Origin: Lama glama
Lineage: Eukaryota
Reading direction: 5' to 3'
Length of the DNA stretch: 64,000 bases
Assembly: GCA_028534125.1 (NCBI GenBank)
Contig: CM052816.1
Coordinates: 50,470,001-50,534,000, forward strand
In this document: one piece after another, positions 13,361 through 26,637 of the stretch
Layout of the letters: the number at the start of each line of letters is the position of its first letter
Numbering within the stretch: the stretch's first letter is position 1
The notes under the pieces: model-generated
The model's database searches: none
Told to the model about the DNA's origin: nothing
What the model saw: the letters and a program-made list of their open reading frames with translations, nothing else
Translations under genes and position numbers: made by a program

Positions 13361-14379
13361 GTATAAATAACTTTGATTTTCTACTTCGTTGCAGTGTATT
13401 CCAGCAAATAACTTTGGTATTCTGTTTTCCTGTAGTGTTTTTTTTCCTGTGACTGAAACTACAAAGAACACCTAAACACATTAAATTCAGGTTTCTGGAT
13501 TTAGGTGGAAAAGGAAACAGAGAAGAGCGAGAGAAATAACAGAAAACATCAATTTTAATTGTCACTTTCAATAACTGACATTCATGAGAGTGTGTCATAT
13601 TTTAGTAAAGCATAATAAAATTACAAAGGATACTAATACTTATTGAATTCCTTCTATGAGCTAGGCACTATTCTGGGTGTTGGGAATACAATGATAAAAA
13701 TACAGTCCAAGTCCTTGCTGTCAAGAAATTTAATAAAGAACATATAAAAATGAATGTCATACTAGTTCTTCCTTTCCAGGAGATTTTTACTATCAATTAT
13801 AAACATTTTAGAGGAATCCATGTTCTCACTCCAATCTAAACATGCATATTAATAAAGTAAAAGCTAAAAGGCTTTCTTGTTAATGACCACACAGTCAAAT
13901 AGCCACTAGGAAAGGTAACTATGAGATCATATAAACTGCCCATCTGCCAATATATGACCTGGGCTTATTACTTGTTTTTCCTCTGACTTTTCCAATTCAG
14001 TTTGAAACAGCTCAGAGAAAATCCCCTTGCCAGATTGTTTAGTCTCACAAATTTCACCATTAGATATTTTTTCCTGAGGTTCAGCCGAACTGGCCCTTTC
14101 TTTAGTTTCATTTCATAACTCTTTTGAGTGTCAATACCAGCTGCTCACTTTCCCTGGAAATTGTCCACTTTTCAAATACAGGCATGACTTTAATTAGACA
14201 AGGCATAAACTAGGAAAGCAGAGAAACTGCTTCTAAGGAATTAGGCCAGAGCACCAATTTCTGAAAAAGCAGAGAGTTCAACAATATAAACATACTTCTT
14301 TTTTTTTTTTTTTTTGAAATATGGAGAAAAGCCACAAGACCATAAGGGACTGGAGAACTCAAAAGCTAAGTACAAATCT

Positions 14380-15935
14380 CTGCTTCTAGTCATGGTCAAA
14401 TAGTTCCCATTAATCCAACCCTACCATAGATAACAATTATAAACTCTGAATAAAATAGTTCTGTGTCTTTTTTTTTTTAAGAAAAAGACGTGAAGGCATA
14501 GAAAAGCGAACGAAAGCAGGCTGAATTTGGAAAAAGGGTAACTGCACTGCATAAAATTCTCATTTTTATGGCCTGAGTGAGGACTCCAATCCCTGCCATG
14601 AAGAACAGTTAAAATTTAATAGAAACCAGTAGTCTTACTCTCTTCTAGAATCAGAAGACAGAGTCCAGGGAAACCACAGCAAGAAAACAAGTGGGGGGGA
14701 TGGATTCTGTAAAAGGAGAGAATCAGAGAAGGGAAGCTCTAAATTCTGTGGATAAACTGTTCGAGTCTCTTGCTAATCCTCAAACCACATATGTGAGAGA
14801 CAGACTCCAAGCAGCTCTCCTAAGGTTAAAAGAACTGACCTGAAATTTCAGCTAACACCCACCACATGGGAAACAGAATTTGAAATTGGAGTACAGCCAA
14901 GTTAACTGACTTAAAAAACAAACAGACAAAGAAAAAAAAGAGTATTCTTTAAATGAATCTAAGAGATCCCTCTTTCTATAATATATCATTCACAATGTCC
15001 AGGACAAAATCTGAAAGTGCCCAACAAAAAAAGAAACAAAAACATATTAAAAATACAATACATACAATTAATGGAGACTGACGTCAGTTTATCCAGATGT
15101 TGGAATTAGAAGACAAGGATTAAATCAGCTAATATAACTATAATTAAGAATTTAAACTAAAATACGATTATAATAAATGAAAAAGTAGAAACTCTCAGTG
15201 GAGAAATAAAAGTTATAAAGAAGAACCAAATGAGAATTCAAGAAATTAACAAAATATATTACCCTCAGAAATTACTGGATGGAGATGACAAAAGAGACAA
15301 TGGCTTGAAGAAAGATCAATATACATGATTAATCTGAAGAACAGAGAGAAAAGGATTTTTAAAGTAAAAAGACAAAGGGGACTTTAACTGAAGTCTCTGA
15401 AAGAAGAAAGAGAGTAAGTATAAAAAAGTTATTGAGAAATAATAAACAAGAATTTCTTAATTTGAGTGAAAGACATAAATTTACAGATTCAAGAAACATA
15501 GAAACCCCTGCAAAGGAAAATATTTTTAAATTCCACTCCTAGGCATATCATGGTTAATTGTTTAAAACCAAAGATAAAGAGAAAATATCAAAGGCAGCCA
15601 GGAAAAAACATATTACATACAAAACAATAATAATTCAAATAAAGGCTAACTTCTCAGAAGAAACAACAGATGAAAAAACAGGAAATTAACACACTGAAAT
15701 TCCTAAAACAATGACCAAAAAGTCAATCTAGAATTCTCTGTCCAACAAAAAGATCCTTCAAAATTGAAGGCAAAACAGAGGCAACTGCAGATAAAATAAA
15801 ACTAAGAGAAATCACTGACAGCATATCTACACTGTAAGAAATGCTAGAGGAATAACTTCAGGATGAAAGAAAATGATATAGATGGGAATATACATCAGCA
15901 CGAAGGAATAAGTAACAGAATAAATGGTAAAAATC
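14380..15935 (+). mobile_element. Old L1 5' UTR/ORF1 remnant
   Basis: A-rich ORF1-like text (AAATTTACAGATTCAAGAA, CCTAGGCATATCATGG, AATCTAGAATTCTCTGTCCAACAAAA). Confidence 0.7.
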
Positions 15936-16924
15936 AATCCTACAATATAATGTTTAATTTTCTGCTTTTAGTGATCATATATTTTTTAATTAAGAGGAAA
16001 AATTAATTAAGTTGGGTGAATATCTTTAAAATTAACAGCTGTTTTACATTACATTTCTATATTTTCATTTCATTTATAAGCACATCAGACCTTACTATAC
16101 CTAAATATTTTTGGTATAATGTTAAGTTTTAAAAAAAAATGCTAATAAAACTGATTCTCCAGACATCAAAACAGCACTGAAACAGGTAAATCATTTAATT
16201 TCTAAATCACCCTAAAAAATAATCATACTTATTCCAAAGGCTTATAAGGAGTCTGTAAAATAACATGAGAAAGGTTATCACACTTTATTAAAAAGTATTC
16301 TTTTACTGATAACTATTTGAACCTCTATATTTAAGTGGCATGAAGTGTAAAAGATCACACGATATAAGTGAAATTGTATCATGTATCTCAAATTGACAAG
16401 GAAACCTACTGAAAAATTTATGCTAAACATGATTTCTAAAAATTATTTGAACAAGTAATCGGAAGGAAATTTTAATGCACTTAGAAATAAAAACAAAATC
16501 ACAGCTGGGATCTCTGAATGAAAATTCTGAAGCAACAAACAAAATGGGCATCTCTGGGATGTCATCTACCCAGTAGCCAAGTATAGAATGAGTTTCTTTC
16601 ACCAATGTAATCAGAATCTGTGATAATGTCTTTAAAAATAAGAAAGCTTCCTCTGACAAAAGTTCAAACATCCTTACAAACTCGGCCACATTAGTTCAGT
16701 GTATATTGGCTGCATGCAGATGTATAATTTGTCTTCCTGTAACTCTTTCCATTTACTGCTGGTCTTTTACGAAGGCTCTCCCAACTTTACACTTGGAATA
16801 TAGTGAATGCCTTAGAAGTTTAATAAATCAACTAAAAAATCTGAGCACATCAACTAAAAAATCTGAGTGCATATAAAATTAAAAGACGTTATATATTTAT
16901 ATCTATATCTATATAATGGTAATT

Positions 16925-17090
16925 AGCCCCACATGCTTTGCAGTCACATCACCTGTGTTCAAGCCCAGCTGGTCCACTCACTAGCTATTCGGTTTCGGAT
17001 AAGTTATATACGGCTGAATCTTTGTTTCCTCACTGGAACAGTGAGAGAATAACAGGACCTATTTCATAAAGCCATCAGGGTTGCATGTAG
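16925..17090 (+). mobile_element. MIR SINE
   Basis: CCTGTGTTCAAGCCCAGCT...CACTCACTAGCT...TTTCCTCACTG. Confidence 0.6.
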
Positions 17091-17517
17091 CATAATGTGT
17101 GATATCCAGTGGTCATTCTCATTATTAAGCACAGTAAAGGAGTAAAATAAGACAAGTACACGGTCCCAGATCTTATGCAGTTATAATACCTGAACACAAC
17201 TCAGCGTAAATTGAATTATGAAATACTGTAGAAAACCTATAGGAATATTAAGAAAGGTGATACCAATTCTGAATCAAATGAGAAGCAAAAACTTCTTGAA
17301 GAATAAGGCATTTCCACACACCCGCAAAAACTATGCACTTTTATTAACATAGTATACATAAGAGATATTTAGAGAATAACAAGAACCATACAGAGGGGAC
17401 CAAAATACCTGATTCATTTCTGTCACAAAGAGATTAAAATAGCATTACTTTTTCAGTAAAAACTTTGTATAGCATATCTGAGATAGACCTGCTTCAGATT
17501 AGTATTTGGGGAAATTT

Positions 17518-17798
17518 TGTGGTTGCCAAGGGAGTTGGGGGTGGGAAGGGATAGACTGGGAGTTCAAAATTTGTAGATACTAACAGGCATATGTAGAATA
17601 GATAAACAAGATAATACTGTATAGCACAGGGAAATATATACAAGATCTTGTGGTAGCTCACAGTGAAAAACATGTAACAATATATGTATGTTCATGAATA
17701 ACTGAAAAATTGTGCTCTACACTGGAATTTGAAACAACATTGTAAAGTGACTATAACTCAATAAAAAAATGTTTAAAAAAAAAAAGAAAAAGAAAAAA
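17518..17798 (+). mobile_element. Young L1 3' UTR with A tail
   Basis: GTGGTTGCCAAGGG...GGGTGGGAAGGGATAGACTGGGAG...CTCAATAAAAAAATGTTTAAAAA; near-identical to 18367-18631. Confidence 0.88.
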
Positions 17799-18631
17799 AC
17801 AAACTCAATCCAAAAATGGGCAGAAGACTTAAACAAGCAATTCTCCAAGGAAGAAATACAAGTGATCAATAGGCACATGAAAAAATGCTCAATATCACTA
17901 ATTATCAGAGAAATGCAAATCAAAACTACAATGAGGTATCACCTCACACCAGTCAGAATGGCCATCATTCAAAAGTCCACAAATGACAAATGCTGGAGAG
18001 GCTGTGGAGAAAAGGGAANNNNNNNNNNNNNNNNNNNNNNNNNNNNNNNNNNNNNNNNNNNNNNNNNNNNNNNNNNNNNNNNNNNNNNNNNNNNNNNNNN
18101 NNNNNNNNNNNNNNNNNNTGACTGGATAAAGAAGATGTGGTATATTTATATGACGGAATGCTATTCAGCCATAAAAACCAACAACATAACGCCATTTGCA
18201 GCAACATGGATGCTCCTGGAGAATGTCATTCTAAGTGAAGTAAGCCAGAAAGAGAAAGAAAAATACCATATGAGATCACTCATATGTGGAATCTAAAAAA
18301 AATTAAAAATAAAAAAATAATAAATACAAAACAGAAACAGACTCATAGACATAGAATACAAACTTGTTGGTGCCAAGGGGGAGGGGATGGGAAGGGACAG
18401 ACGAGGAGTTTGAAATTTGTAGATACTGACAGGCATATGTAGAATAGATAAACAAGATTATACTGTATAGCACAGGGAAATATATATAAGACCTTGAGGT
18501 AGTTCACGGTGAAAAAAAATGTGACAATGAATATATGTATGTTCATGTATAACTGAAAAATTGTACTCTACACTGGAATTTGACACAACACTGTAAAATG
18601 ATTATAACTCAATAAAAAATGTTTAAAAAAA
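17799..18631 (+). mobile_element. Young L1 ORF2 C-terminus plus 3' UTR, spanning an assembly gap
   Basis: Open ORF2 peptide [39 protein letters not shown]...PFAATWMLLENVILSEVSQKEKEKYHMRSLICGI. Confidence 0.93.
18019..18118. other. Assembly gap (100 N)
   Basis: Run of exactly 100 N. Confidence 0.99.
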
Positions 18632-18759
18632 TGGGGGGAAGTTTAACACCAGAGAAGCACACTCACTGAATAAATTTCAGTGCAACACTTTAAAATAAGT
18701 AATATCTACACAAAGGGTAATGTCTCTAATATATAAAGAGCTCTTAAAATCTGAAGAAC

Positions 18760-18930
18760 GGGGGGAAGGTATAGCTCAGTGGTAGAGTGTGTGCCTAGCA
18801 TGCACAAGGTCCTTGGTGCAATCCCCAGTACCCACATTAAAAATAAATAAATAAACAAACAAGCAAACCTAATTACCTCCCTACAAAAAAAAATTTTTTA
18901 AAGAACTACCAAAACCAATAAAAAAAAATT
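18760..18930 (+). mobile_element. tRNA-derived SINE (camelid Vic-1-like)
   Basis: GGGGGGAAGGTATAGCTCAGTGGTAGAG (A box), B-box-like GGTGCAATCCC, AAAT tail, CCTAATTACCTCCC, imperfect TSD TTAAAAT..AAGAAC. Confidence 0.85.
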
Positions 18931-18934
18931 TAAA

Positions 18935-21660
18935 AATACAAGAACAGACCATATACAAAAAAAGATATAAAAATGACCCTTACACATATAAAAAGGTGTT
19001 CAAATTCATTCAGAATTAGAGAAATGCAAGTTAACACTGAGATATCTACTTTACACTTATCATACTGGAGAAAACTTTAAAGTATAACAGCACATTCTGT
19101 TAGTGAGACTGTGGAGGAACCAGACAATTTCCTATGTTGCTGGTGGTAATACAAACTGGTCCAACTCTTCTGTAGGGGAATTTGGCAATATCTAAGAAAA
19201 CAATATATGCACTTATTTTCTAGCAATCACGCATCTGGGAATTCACCCTGAAGAGAAAATACATAGATAATTCACTGCAGCATTGTTTGAATTGTGAAAT
19301 ACTGGAAACAACTTAAATACTCATACACAGGAGAGAAGTCAAAAAATGGATATATTCACACAGTGGAATATGAAATGTCTGTAGAAGTGCAAGAGGAAGC
19401 TCTTTATGAATTGACATGGGATGATTTCCAGGACACGTGGTTATGTGAAAATATCAAAATGGAAAAAAAAAAAACCTGCTTATAGTGTACTACACTTCAT
19501 ATAAGAACAGGATATAATAAACATGCTCATTTGTACCAAAGAACATAAAAGCCAGAAACTAGTGAGCTTGTTTACCGAGAGGAGCTGGCTGGGAATGAAA
19601 TGAAAAAAGGAAGGGAATGGGAAGAGGGCAGTAGGGATGAGGGAAAAGTGGCCCTTTTCTGAATATAGCTGTGTATATGGCTCTGATATGTGGCAATTGT
19701 TCATATCCTCCCAAAAATAAGTAACTAATTAACATCAACCAGAATGTGAGTTCAACCCAAAATGGAATAGAAATACTGAAAGGATGGGAAGGAACAAAGC
19801 TAATTTGGGACATCCTGGAAAATCACATTTTAAATGTATACCGTAAGGATAAAGACAAAAAGAATTATATACAAATAGCATATAATATTTAGAAAATTTG
19901 TTTTTCTCCAGAATATAAGTAAACAATTCTGAAATGACTTTACATGTATACTAGGACTGAGTAAATAACTAAACATATCATGGATAATGGAAGCCAGACT
20001 TTTCACTGTCAGAGAAAGTTGCAAATAAGAAAGAGGAGAAGGCTAGAATAAACTCTATGACACTGGATTGAACTAAACGCTTTTAACATACATTGGAGAT
20101 GTATGGAGAAATGTCATGGTGTGCACATATATATATATATTGCACATATATGCACATAAGTATACATATATATTTGCTAGCTCTGCCATTCTGCTGAGAG
20201 GACTCAGAGGCCATGGCACCTCAGGAGCAATAAGAACACCTAGTACCCAGATACTGATTACAAAATACACACTTAAATAAAAGGAGCTGTTGCTCTTTGG
20301 ATACATGGCTGATTTCAGGGCTGGGTCGGGAAAGACAAGATAAGCCTGGTACATCTTGTTGTGCCAGAAAGCAAAGAGGGGTTCAATGTAATGGAGACAT
20401 ATTTAACCACACAAAAGTCAAGTTGAAGAAGTTCCTAGGACAATTTGAGAAAAAAAATAAACAATGAGCATAATTTAACCCATATAATAGAATAAATGTA
20501 CTCATGAGAACGCATGCTAATATAAATAACTAAATAAATGGAGAAGCAGATTTCCTTACAGCAAAATTCCAATTAATGAAGTAATGGAATGATGAAATGA
20601 GAAAATCATAATTAAATGTATCATAGTAGCTACTGGAGACAAAAATCATCAATGGGTGCTAAAATTAGTGGGTAAAAATATGATGAAAAATAGGTATTTG
20701 TATGCTTTCAAAATGTACACACAAGATACTCATTAACTACAAAAGAGGAAAAAATAGCAAGTTTACAGTAGTGGAGAGAAACCTGGCAGATACTACCTTA
20801 ATCAAGTATTCAAAGCTAATGTCACCAATAATGATGCAAGTAGATAACACGTCTCACTGAGAAGGATGTATTACTTCTTTGATATTCCTATCAAAATCAA
20901 TAAATTCAATCTAACCATGAGAAAACATCAGACAAACCCAAACTGAAGAACATTATACAAAATAACCAGCCAATATTCTTCAAAAGAGTCAAAGAAGTGA
21001 AAAACAAAGACAAAAAGTTTCACAGACTGAAAGATAAAAGAGACCTTTAAATAGGATGTGAGACATTCACTTGTATTCTGGACCAGGAAAAAAATTTCAG
21101 TGAATGTGATGAACTGAATGTCTGTGTCTCCCCAAATTTGTATGTTGAAACCTGAACCCCTCCTAATGTGATAGTATTTGGAAGTGGGACCTTTGGGAGG
21201 TAATTTGGTTTAGATGAATTCACAAGGCCAGGCCCCTCATGATCAGATTAGTAACTATAAGAATCTATAAGATTAGAGCTAGCTCTCACTCCACCTCATG
21301 AGAATACAGCAAAAAGGCAGATGAGTACAAGCCAGGAAGCAGGCCTTCACCAAAAACTGAATTGGATGGTAACTTGATCTTGGACTTCCGACCCTATAGA
21401 ACTATAAGAGATAAATGTGTCGGCCACCCAGTCTCTGGTAATTTGTTATGCAGGGCAGAGTAGACTAAGACAGTGGTAAAAAGATAAAAATTCAAATAAG
21501 ATCGGTAGATTTTTATGTCAATGTTACCTTTCTGATATTAATAATTGTACTATGGCTACGTAAAATGTAAATACTAGGGCATCAGTGTAGGATAAATGGT
21601 ATGCAGGAATTCTCCTTAGTATTTCTGCCACTTTTCTATAAAATTAAAATGTCTAAAAAA
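18935..21660 (+). mobile_element. Old L1M (MC/MD-like) ORF2 end and 3' UTR, interrupted by an LTR
   Basis: ATTAGAGAAATGCAAG...TTGCTGGTGGTAATACAAACTGGT...; AAACATCAGACAAACCCAAACTGAAGAACATT typical of L1MC/MD 3' UTR. Confidence 0.65.
21105..21472 (+). mobile_element. MLT1A-like MaLR solo LTR
   Basis: TGTGATGAACTGAATGTCTGTGTCTCCCCAAATTTGTATGTTGAAACC...GACTAAGACA; TG...CA termini. Confidence 0.85.
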
Positions 21661-24029
21661 GATAGCCGTCAAAACCTATAAATTGACCAAGAACCATAAC
21701 AAATCAGGAAAAACATCATTATAATCCACCATTATGGTTCTAGTCACAATGGGCCTATCTCCACTACTGGACTGGTTTTGGATCATTTGCAGCCGGAAAT
21801 AGCACATTGTCTCCAGGAGTTACACAAATAATGTCTTTAACTGTTTTCATGGTATGTCTTTTTGAATAATTATTTTATTTGGATGCCTCCAGTTTTGAAT
21901 AAAAATTATCTACTGATGGCCAGTTTTAATCAACTTATGTTGTTATTGCCAGAAAATTCAACAAAGAAAACGAAGCTCTGAATCTACCAGTAAATTTACA
22001 TCTGAAAAGAGTACACAGTATAATAATAACAAACATCTGTTTAAAAAGGCTTCTCTGAGGTCAAGGGAAGTCTAAGCCACTCTCAATTTTTTTAATCTCC
22101 AGATATATTAAAAGTGAAATTAAGATTACAAAAATTGCATTCACATATTTAAATTGATGTTATTTATACAGAACTTCAAAAAAATATAGCTTGAAATGGG
22201 ATACAACTTTAAACCAGCATAAAAAAATGTCTAGACAATGTGTATAAACTCATTTACAGAATTATATGCTTGAGGCCCTTCTGATTACAAGGCACCAACC
22301 CAATGGGCTCCTGGGACAAGACTCACATTATATCAACTCACAGTTTACAAAGATTTGCACACATATCAATCTTAGTGCCCACAACCATAAACCCTGAGAG
22401 TTTGTATTATTAGCTTATTTGAACTCAGTTTTTCCATCATAAAATAAAGATAAATGACTTGATGAAACCCCTATGGTTAGAATTAGATACAAGACTCAAG
22501 ACAAAATCTTGAGTTCTTTCCATTATAACACATTTCCTCTCAACAAAAGACCACCCCCAAAACATCCAGGTTTGCTGGAATTTCAAACTTAGCTAAGACA
22601 TGGTTACTGCCCTCAAGGACTTTACTGTATAATAGAAGAGACATCCAAGGAAATAATTAATAACAAAGATTTATAAAGTGTCTGAAAAAGAACTGTCCTA
22701 GAGAAAGTACACACACACACACCCCTATACACTAATTCATTAGATCCTTACAACCACTGAGTCAGGTATTAGTATTATTTCTGAATTATAAAAGAAAAAC
22801 TGAGGACAAACAACTGAATATAAGATGCCCAAAGTGTCTCACCTGAGATCCAATCAGGTCATCAGGCAGTAGGATAGCAGCATGTGCGGCATGGGTTATA
22901 TGAGTGCTGTAGGCTATAACTGTTTTAATAGTGATGTTTTAAAGAATCTAAGTATATAGTCTTTCAAAAATGTATACTAGTTTTAATGTCATTTGAACAG
23001 TATTTCTCTCTCTGCAGCCTCCTAAATTCAACACTTTTTGAGGGGGTGCATACAACTATAATACATTGCATCTCTTTCAGTCTTGCCCACTGAAACATCC
23101 TAGATGGTCTAATTATTACATTAGTTGTGATTTACTTATCAATAGTAAAGATTTCTGTTCTGAATTCATTTTTAAAATATTTAGCTTAAATATCAATTAG
23201 CAATTATTTTCCACAATTTTTCCTACTAACACAGAAGTAGGTACCATCTTCATCACCATCTGATTTTAGATGTTCCTAAAATGTTTTAGAGCCTATTTTC
23301 TCAATTGGTTATTTACTTACAATTTCAGGCTAGTAACAGTAAATGAAAATTTGATTCTTGACTGAATTTCATAATAAAACAATTTGCTTTAAGAAATAAA
23401 AAAGAAATGCCTATTTAAGAAAATAAAGAACTAAATGTAATTTAATTAAATTGATAAAGAAGACCGTAGGTCTTCATAGCTTCAGATAACCAAATTGTCA
23501 AAGTATAGCTAACTTAAACTTTTTCTATGCAATAATTAGAACAATATCAACAATGTAAGTGACCTAAATCTACTTTGAAAATTTAACTTTCTTAAGTGAA
23601 AATGTCAAAGGCCTAGAATCACCTTAATCTCTTTATTCTAATAGATTAAAATTTTAAATGATAATAACTTAATGATTTACTTTTAATTAAAGCTGGAGAG
23701 TCATGAGAATTAAAAGAAAATCCAAATTGAAAAAAAATAAATAAATAATGAAGATTATCACAACTTTTGACTCAAGTGCCCTGATAATTCTCTTCCCGAA
23801 CCTTAATGTCTTAGGTACACAGAGTGAAGCAATGATATCTAGAAGACTATGCCATTTTACTCAGGAGGGAGCTACCTCAAAGTTTAAAAGTTTCCATAGG
23901 GGCAAAATAAGCAATAAACCTAAGAGACAGGTTATCACAATATGCAATCTAACTTAAGCTACTGTAATAGATAGACAAAGCTAAAAGACTATACAGGATT
24001 ACAACATTCTTGATTTTACTACCCTGTGT

Positions 24030-25097
24030 AGAAACAACAGGGACCTGATAAGGGAAGCAGAAATATTTTACCTCAGGCATATAAAATTAGACCTAAAACA
24101 AATGTTCTGGTCCTCTTTAACAAAGGTTTAAAAGCAGGACCCTAAGGATTATATTGTTTCCAAGTAAACCACCTGTGTCCCAGAACAAAGCACAGGTTTA
24201 TAGAAATACAAACATATGCAGCAGAAACAAGAAAATTCACAATGTTTGGCATCCAAACAAAGATTAATGTACATGCAACATAAAGGGAAAATAGAATACA
24301 GGAATTATGACAGGGCAGAAAAATCTATCAAAACCTATGCCAAAATAATACAGATTATAGAATTAATGGACAAGGTCATTAAAAGTTATTAAAATTTTAT
24401 TCCATATATTCAAGGATATAAAAAAGACTGCATATGCTAAAGTGATTTATAGAAGATATTAAATAGATGTAAATCAAACTTTGATGAAAACCACAACATC
24501 TGAGATAAGAAATATACTGAATGGAATTAACAGCATATTAGACATAGAAAAGAAACAATTAATGAATATGAAAGCAGAGCAATAGAAACTATTCAAAATA
24601 AAAAATGGGGAAAATTTTAAAAAGGAAGAAAAAGAGGATAAGTGAGCTATAAGACAAATTCAAGCAACGTAATATACAGGTAACTAGAGGCTCGAAACAG
24701 GGAGGAAGGGTAACAGAAAAACTATTCAAATAATGACCAAAATTGACCAAAAAAATATAAACTAACAGATCAAAGAGGATCAATAAAGAGAAAACTACAT
24801 TAAGGCACATTATAATCAAACTGTTCAAAAGCAGTGATAAAGAGAAAAATCTTAGAAGAAGCTGGAGAAAGAAGGCACATTGCTTAGATAGGAAAAACAT
24901 GACAAGTAGCCAGAATATAGTAGAGCAACATTTTTAAAGTATTCAAAGAAAAATATCGTCAACTTAGAACTTAATACCTGGTGAAAATATCTTTTAAAAA
25001 GAATTATGAAATACAGACTTTTGCAGATACACAAAACCTGACAGAATTCATCACAAGCAGACCTGCATGAAAAGAAACATTAAAAGAAGTCCCTCTG
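24030..25097 (+). mobile_element. Old L1 ORF1 remnant hosting the cTAGE retrocopy (resumes after 26653)
   Basis: ORF1-like text (AGCAATAGAAACTATTCAAAAT, TCAACTTAGAAC, GAATTCATCACAAGCAGACCTGCA). Confidence 0.7.
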
Positions 25098-26637
25098 TAC
25101 ACAGATAAAAAACAAAAAGAAAGGTAAGAAAAAATTACCATTAGACAATAATGGAGAAAATGACATTTCAGTTACAACCCTCTCCTCTAACAACATCCCC
25201 TCCTCCCCACCAATTCTGACCAGATAACTGACCAATCCAGGATGTCAGCTGCTGGTTGGGTTCCAGGTAGAATGTTGGGGTATCCCCTGGGGCTTGTTGT
25301 GGCTGGTGGGTCCACGGTAACTGGGCAGAGCTCTGTGGTGGATCAGTGCCATGGAGGGGCTGCTCTCCTCTGTGGAGCTTGGCTTTGGGCTGATCCTTAG
25401 GAAGTTGAGTGTGGTCCTGGTTTTGTTGCTGCCCAATGGCCTGTGTACTCAGTTCATGTTCCAGAGCCTCCACTGGGAGACAGTGTTGAGTCTGCTTGTC
25501 CTCAGCTTATTGATGGGTGTCTTATTTACTTTCAGACTTATTCAGTCTGTTAGAAGTCAATTTAATAGAAGACATGAAAAGCAACTGGCAAAAACACTGG
25601 ATGCACAGATTGAGGAGAAATGCCACCTCACTGACAAGCTTTGTGTGGCTAAAAAGGAGACAACTTTAAAGAATGCCAGGCTAGAGAAGAAGCCAGCAAA
25701 TATACCCAGCCTCACTGACACCTACAGAAAGTTGATGACGGTCAACCTGAGTTCAAGGAAGGAAATCAAATTTCTCATCCAAGAACTGAAGAAAGAGAGA
25801 TCCCTACATACAAGAAGAGATGGAGGAGATGCTAAAAGTGCTCAAGTTCCTGGAAGAGGTCATGACAATCAGCACATCACAAGGGGCTTTTACAAACCAG
25901 CCAGGGGACCAAGCACCAAGTCCTGATGATCCCTTTCCCAGGAGTGGGCCCTCATATTAAAGCTGTGCTGTTCCCTCCCCTCCACTCAGGCCTCCCAAAC
26001 GGCCAGGCTGCATTCACTCACTCAATTAGATCTTCACCTGAGCTGCACTGAGGCCAGTGGATGGAGGGAAATTGCCTCCTTTGGACCAGAGTTCCTCCAA
26101 CTTTACAAGTGAGCACAGCAGTGAACTCCTTCATGGCCAACATCTCTCATCTAAAATATATTGGAATTCCCAGAACACAGCACGAAGCATGGGACTTATT
26201 TTATATTCAGAAAATGTTTGGATTATCTTTTATTAGTTGTGAAAGAAATGTTGTAATTGAGACTGATCTTCTATTTAGTTTGAATCTATATTACGCCTCA
26301 TTTCTCAAGACATTTTGGGTAACTATTATACATCAGCAATGTAAGTGAAGTATATATATAATTATTCTGTGTACAAATATTGCATTATAAATGTAAAATG
26401 TATGCAATTTGTCAATATAAACTTTTAGATGGCCATAGCATTTATTTCTAGAATTTAATTCTGATGTCATAAGTTTAAGTCAAAGAGCCTTTTTTTACCT
26501 GAGTATGTATAATTTTAAAAATAGATGAACTTTTTAAAGATGAAGTTAAATTGTACTCTTAGAAGAAATTTTTCTCATTTAATTTTTATATTCTGTTATA
26601 GCAATATCCATAATAAAAAAAATTTGATAAATTAAAA
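25098..26637 (+). pseudogene. Processed retrocopy of a cTAGE5/MIA2-family gene (ORF 25351-25926, probable frameshift near 25810)
   Basis: Intronless ORF with cTAGE-like motifs (GLIL..L, LP.G, WE.V, hydrophobic TM, SVRS, EK.LA..L...IEEK, ELK.E.S.H). AATAAA at 26612-26617, short A tail, and TSD AAAAGAAGTCCCTCTG at 25082-25097 and 26638-26653. Confidence 0.85.

Noticed and set aside
16827..16870. 22-bp direct repeat ATCAACTAAAAAATCTGAG
   Set aside because: Two adjacent copies only; a local tandem duplication, not a CRISPR-like array.
17769..18296. 175-aa ORF
   Set aside because: L1 ORF2 C-terminus read through an A tail and 100 Ns; not a gene.
18760..18835. tRNA-like sequence (also at 30380 and 62975-63046)
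   Set aside because: SINE heads with AT-rich tails and TSDs, not tRNA genes.
25168..25473. Minus-strand 101-aa Q/P-rich ORF
   Set aside because: Antisense shadow of the cTAGE-like retrocopy, with no recognisable homology.
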